Assembly: GCF_001194135.2 (NCBI RefSeq)
Contig: NC_069004.1
Location: 13,500,183 to 13,564,182, forward strand
Source of the DNA: Octopus bimaculoides
Lineage: Eukaryota
Reading direction: 5' to 3'
DNA: 64,000 nucleotides
A program made the position numbers and the translations under genes. Positions 63,106-64,000 of this stretch are shown here, one piece after another; position 1 is the first letter of the stretch; the number at the start of each line of letters is the position of its first letter. Under the pieces are notes generated by a model. The model had not been told where the DNA came from. It worked only from the letters and a program-made list of their open reading frames with translations, and did not search any database.

Positions 63106-63714
63106 AAAATAACGAATTACAAATGAGAACAGTTTCTACATCAATACAACTTTCTGGTAACTGTCTTTGAATAGGAAAAAATTACACGGAAGGAAGGGAA
63201 GGGAAAAAAAAAATGAAAATAAGTCATCAGTTGAAAAATGCTTACACAACATTGAAAAAGATATTTGCAAAAAATAGCTTTGATAAATGTAGCTTTTTGA
63301 ATGAACTCTTATTCAAATCATAGAAACATTTGTGAGCATGAAACATATCTATTAATCGTAAATGAGAAATCAACAGTACAATTCATCAATAACTATGATA
63401 TTCCTATAATATATACATATATTGTATGTGTATATATATATATATTTATATATGCTATACATAACATATATGTATTTTACATGTATGTAAATATATCATA
63501 TATACATGTGTGTATAAGTAATATATTTCTTTGTATACATATATATATATATATCCACACACACGTGTGCACATCACTCGTTCATTTCCTCATTGTATAT
63601 CACATAGCTGCACATGCACAAAGTATGAATGGTTGACAGGAGAGACTGACATCACAGCTCCTTGCACTTTCATACACGCGATCAAAATCGCACACACAAA
63701 CACACAATAATAAA

Positions 63715-63845
63715 CGCAACAATCTCTTTTACGTTTCCATCTAGCAAATCCACTCACACCTGGCCAAAAGTGCTGCACAGTGAGACTAAACCTGAAAACA
63801 CCTAGTTGCAAAGTTAACCTCTCAATCGTATACTTACGCCTGCAC
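63715..63845 (-). mobile_element. SINE type A 5' half
   Basis: Reverse complement of the GTGAGTGGATTTGCTAGATGGAAAC core and head. Confidence 0.7.
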
Positions 63846-64000
63846 TGCCTGTATAAAGATATACAGGTATATCTCTACATGTGCATTTGTGTCTTTTAGT
63901 AAGAGTGCCTATTTATCTATATATATATATATATATATACATACACACACACATGCATATATGTGTGTGTGTCAGTAATTATTTAAGCATTGGGTATGTA

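Overview
AT-rich eukaryotic genomic DNA from a gap-rich draft scaffold (13 N-gaps). The SINE, RTE and MITE families look like those of Octopus; this is pattern recognition, not a database result. The only host gene I can support is DOT1L (H3K79 methyltransferase) on the minus strand. Five GT-AG exons (42650-42444, 33636-33504, 31131-31000, 28632-28541, 27873-27772) splice in frame into 222 aa covering the post-catalytic linker and first coiled coil. The catalytic exons and the C-terminal exons were not found, so they lie outside the window or in gaps. The rest is presumed intron. It contains three tRNA-derived SINE types, RTE LINE 3' ends and ORF2 relics, a mariner relic, a probable Chapaev3 relic, Helitron/Helentron-type non-autonomous elements, piggyBac-, hAT- and Tc1/pogo-type MITEs, and long TA/CA microsatellites. 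The most interesting unexplained signal is three small inverted-repeat elements carrying minimal Penelope-type hammerhead ribozyme motifs, one with an intact core and two degenerate. No prokaryotic system, CRISPR array or genuine tRNA/rRNA gene was found. Repeat boundaries were judged by eye and are approximate.
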